Source: Paramoeba atlantica (taxonomy: Eukaryota; Protista; Discosea). Taken from it: a stretch of 64,000 nt of DNA. The position numbers and the translations under genes are program-made. Location: contig CDRNVI010000073.1 in the NCBI GenBank assembly GCA_977017575.1, positions 86,421 through 150,420 on the forward strand, in the 5' to 3' direction. This document shows positions 62,654-64,000 of this stretch, in pieces; position 1 is the stretch's first letter; each line of letters begins with the position of its first letter. The notes beneath the pieces were generated by a model. The model was not told the origin of the DNA. It saw nothing but the letters and a program-made list of their open reading frames with translations, and ran no database searches.

Positions 62654-63429
62654 AGCGTTAGCGTCGTAAAATTTGAGCTGTTCTTCTGAAGCATGGAGCT
62701 ATCCCCAATGCAAACCTGTTGTACGTTATTTTGGAGTGCATGGAAACAATTGTGCATTTTGGGTAACATCCCATCTGCAATTATGCCTTCTTCCAAAAGG
62801 GTTTTATAGCTTTCTGAATTAACATGCTGTATTACCGAATCTTCATCTTCAATGCTGCGCAATACGCCTTTCTTTTCAAAACAGTAAAATAGGGTTGTTT
62901 CAAAAAATCCAGACATTCCAATGGCCAATTCCGAAGCGATGGTGTCCGCATTGGTGTTGAACAATTGTCCTTTTTCATCATGCGTTAAAGCACAAAAAAC
63001 AGGAGTAAAACCGGCTTGTAATAATTTAAAAATCCCATTTGAGTTAACAGAATCCACATCTCCAACCCAACCAAAATCTACCTCCTTAACAGGTCTTTTA
63101 TGTGCCCGGATAGCATTCGCATCTGCTCCACTCATTCCAATGGCGTTGGTTCCTTGGGATTGCAGTTGGGCCACTATTTTTTTATTGACAAGGCCGGCAT
63201 AAACCATGATGGCCACATCCAAACTTTGGGCATCTGTAATTCTTCTGCCATTGGTCATTTTGGTTTCGACACCCAGTTTGTTCCCAATTTCAGTAGCTTT
63301 TTTACCCCCTCCATGGACCAGTATTTTGTGTCCGTCCAACTTAGAGAAAAGGGTCAGTATATGGGATAGTTGGTCCTGATCTTCAATGACGTTTCCCCCT
63401 ATTTTTACTATGGAAAGTTTTTCGCTCAT
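62650..63429 (-). CDS. argB: Acetylglutamate kinase
   Basis: IVKIGGN, LVHGGG, GRRITD, NTNADTIA, GMLPK; likely start at MSEK (63429). Confidence 0.94.
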   Translation of the reverse strand: MSEKLSIVKIGGNVIEDQDQLSHILTLFSKLDGHKILVHGGGKKATEIGNKLGVETKMTNGRRITDAQSLDVAIMVYAGLVNKKIVAQLQSQGTNAIGMSGADANAIRAHKRPVKEVDFGWVGDVDSVNSNGIFKLLQAGFTPVFCALTHDEKGQLFNTNADTIASELAIGMSGFFETTLFYCFEKKGVLRSIEDEDSVIQHVNSESYKTLLEEGIIADGMLPKMHNCFHALQNNVQQVCIGDSSMLQKNSSNFTTLTL

Positions 63430-63430
63430 A

Positions 63431-64000
63431 TTAAACATTAATAATTCCGCCATCAATGGTCATGGCTGTACCTGTAATCCATGATGAATCGTCTGAAACC
63501 AGAAACAGGGCCAGTTTGGCAATATCTTCAGGTGTTCCCAATCTTTTTAGTAAAGTGGCATGCTTTGCATTTTCAACCGCCTCTTCGGGGTTTTCAAATG
63601 CCTGGGCAGAATCCCAAATCAAGGGAGTATCTACGGGTCCAGGACAGATGGCATTCACCCTAACTTCTGGGGCGTACTCCACCGCCAATTGTTTCATCAA
63701 CGCCAAGGATGCCGCTTTGGAAGCACAATAGGCCGGATGATTGGGAAAGCTCTTAAAGGCGGCAATGGAGGCATTTATCAATATATTTCCACCAGTCCCC
63801 TCCTTTAAAAAAGGGATGGCATACTTGGTGCTGTAAAAGATGGAACTCAGGTTGGTGTCCAAGGTTTTTTGCCAAGTCTCAACAGGTAGGTCCACCACAT
63901 TTCCCAAGCCAAGAACGCCGGCATTCAGGGATAGAATGTCCAATCTCCCAAAATTATCAATGGCAGCCCTTACCAAGGTTTGATTGTAATTAACATCGCT
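63431..64000 (-). CDS. Short-chain dehydrogenase/reductase, 5' end beyond the window
   Basis: LDILSLNAG, YCASK (YxxxK), VRVNAICPG, GTPEDIA, IDGG. Confidence 0.92.
   Translation of the reverse strand, partial: SDVNYNQTLVRAAIDNFGRLDILSLNAGVLGLGNVVDLPVETWQKTLDTNLSSIFYSTKYAIPFLKEGTGGNILINASIAAFKSFPNHPAYCASKAASLALMKQLAVEYAPEVRVNAICPGPVDTPLIWDSAQAFENPEEAVENAKHATLLKRLGTPEDIAKLALFLVSDDSSWITGTAMTIDGGIINV

Noticed and set aside
57210-64000. Genuine horizontal transfer of a bacterial block into the eukaryote
   Set aside because: Intact operon structure, a mid-gene break at a palindrome and no amelioration make an assembly or concatenation join more parsimonious; spanning reads would be needed.

Overview
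The window has two parts. Positions 1-57209 are eukaryotic: long intron-free ORFs, essentially all host genes on the + strand, and pyrimidine-rich intergenic tracts. This fits a kinetoplastid-type polycistronic unit, and the LRR family recalls Perkinsela-like organisms (inference). Host genes include separase, NOP58, an ER Hsp70 (Grp170/HYOU1 type), PRA1, a PUF60-like RRM protein, CTP synthase, a DEDDh exonuclease, five LRR paralogues plus one LRR remnant, and hypotheticals. Mobile and repetitive DNA includes an RT+RLE non-LTR retrotransposon (5' end outside the window), a Harbinger/ISL2EU-like relic, a Tc1/IS630-like transposase with DD51E spacing, a ~1.4-kb foldback element with palindrome arrays, an 890-bp tandem repeat, 18-bp satellites, and a dispersed ~108-bp palindromic cassette at module junctions. 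At 57209/57210 a 332-bp inverted repeat abuts a 5'-truncated Flavobacteriaceae-type gene. Positions 57210-64000 are an ordinary bacterial segment (UbiA-family prenyltransferase, nitrilase, RluB, COX1-like small protein, argH, M20/ArgE, argB, SDR), most likely a chimeric or concatenated join. The best leads are the palindromic cassette and the ~13-kb cargo-bearing segment it bounds, seven frame-preserving stop codons (one at a conserved Trp, one at a probable catalytic Glu) in four otherwise frame-intact ORFs, the DD51E transposase, and the retroelement with six Cys/His finger repeats.
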